Source: Saprospiraceae bacterium (lineage in GTDB: Bacteria; Bacteroidota; Bacteroidia; Chitinophagales; Saprospiraceae). Taken from it: a stretch of 64,000 bases of DNA. The notes beneath the pieces are model-generated. The model did not search any database and was not told the DNA's origin. It worked only from the letters and a program-made list of their open reading frames with translations. Below are positions 63,737 to 64,000 of this stretch, one piece after another; the stretch's first letter is position 1; each line of letters begins with the position of its first letter. The position numbers and the translations under genes were made by a program. The DNA is taken from assembly GCA_965223165.1 (NCBI GenBank), contig CBDCVQ010000009.1, forward strand, positions 119,544-183,543, read 5' to 3'.

Positions 63737-64000
63737 CGATGGCAATGGCAATGGCAATGGCAATGACAATTTCAATGGCAATGAACAATGAACAGTGAAC
63801 AATGAACAGTGAACAATGAACAGTGAACAGTGAACAGTGGCAATGACAATGACAATGGCAATGACAATATCAATGGCAATGAACAATGAACAGTGAACAA
63901 TGAACAGTGAACAATGAACAATGAACAGTGAACAATGAACAGTGAACAATGAACAGTGAACAATGAACAGTGAACAATGAACAGTGAACAATGAACAGTG
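63737..64000 (+). repeat. Composite tandem-repeat tract of alternating hexamer (CAATGR/CAATTT) and heptamer (ACAATGA/ACAGTGA) blocks, running off the window end
   Basis: Parsed directly as hexamers 63737-63784 (8 units), heptamers 63785-63840 (8), hexamers 63841-63882 (7), and heptamers 63883-64000 (16+, mostly the 14-mer ACAATGAACAGTGA). It starts 1 nt after stop TGA 63733-63735. Confidence 0.95.

Noticed and set aside
63704-63991. Minus-strand ORFs encoding FTVHCSLFIVHCSL... repeats
   Set aside because: They are translations of the heptamer/hexamer tract with no non-repetitive sequence, so they are not treated as genes.
42260-64000. Whether the tandem arrays could be CRISPR arrays
   Set aside because: The units are 6-8 bp and contiguous, with no unique spacers of phage-like length. 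There are no cas genes in the window and no repeats in the 28-37 bp range.
1-64000. Mobile elements, integrases, tRNA or rRNA genes
   Set aside because: No ORF shows transposase, integrase or recombinase motifs. No cloverleaf-like or rRNA-like sequence was noticed in the intergenic regions. This is a by-eye negative and should be confirmed with tRNA and IS finders.

Overview
The window looks like chromosomal DNA from a Bacteroidota-type organism. That placement is inferred from gene content only: TonB-dependent receptor plus DUF4249 lipoprotein, many lipoprotein and Tat signals, starts without Shine-Dalgarno, and PadR-FtsX arrays. Bases 1-25600 are mostly ordinary metabolic and envelope genes: amt-glnK, an AT-rich dGTPase island, a Tat-signal enolase-superfamily enzyme, sulfatase, BNR/sortilin-like protein, a GMC oxidoreductase pair, 5'-nucleotidase, aldo-keto reductase, and a carbamoyltransferase with SxtK/SxtJ-like partners. 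Bases 25700-64000 hold the unusual part. Ten paralogous ~800-870 aa permeases, each a fused double FtsX/MacB-type module, share the locus with only two ABC ATPase genes and one HlyD-type adaptor. Regulation is layered. Two short PadR genes are each translationally coupled to permeases carrying an extra cytoplasmic N-terminal 'prefix' domain. A histidine kinase and a sigma-54-dependent response regulator sit next to the adaptor operon. A near-identical bipartite signature (16-bp palindrome, then ~94 bp, then a 26-nt TGGCA-containing box) occurs twice, 20 kb apart, in front of two permease operons. Four spacers directly after permease stop codons consist almost entirely of 6-, 7- and 8-bp tandem repeats with a CAAT core, up to 613 bp long; one array ends 2 nt before a start codon. 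No rRNA, tRNA, CRISPR array, transposase or integrase was seen. All functional calls come from reading motifs by eye, with no database search.
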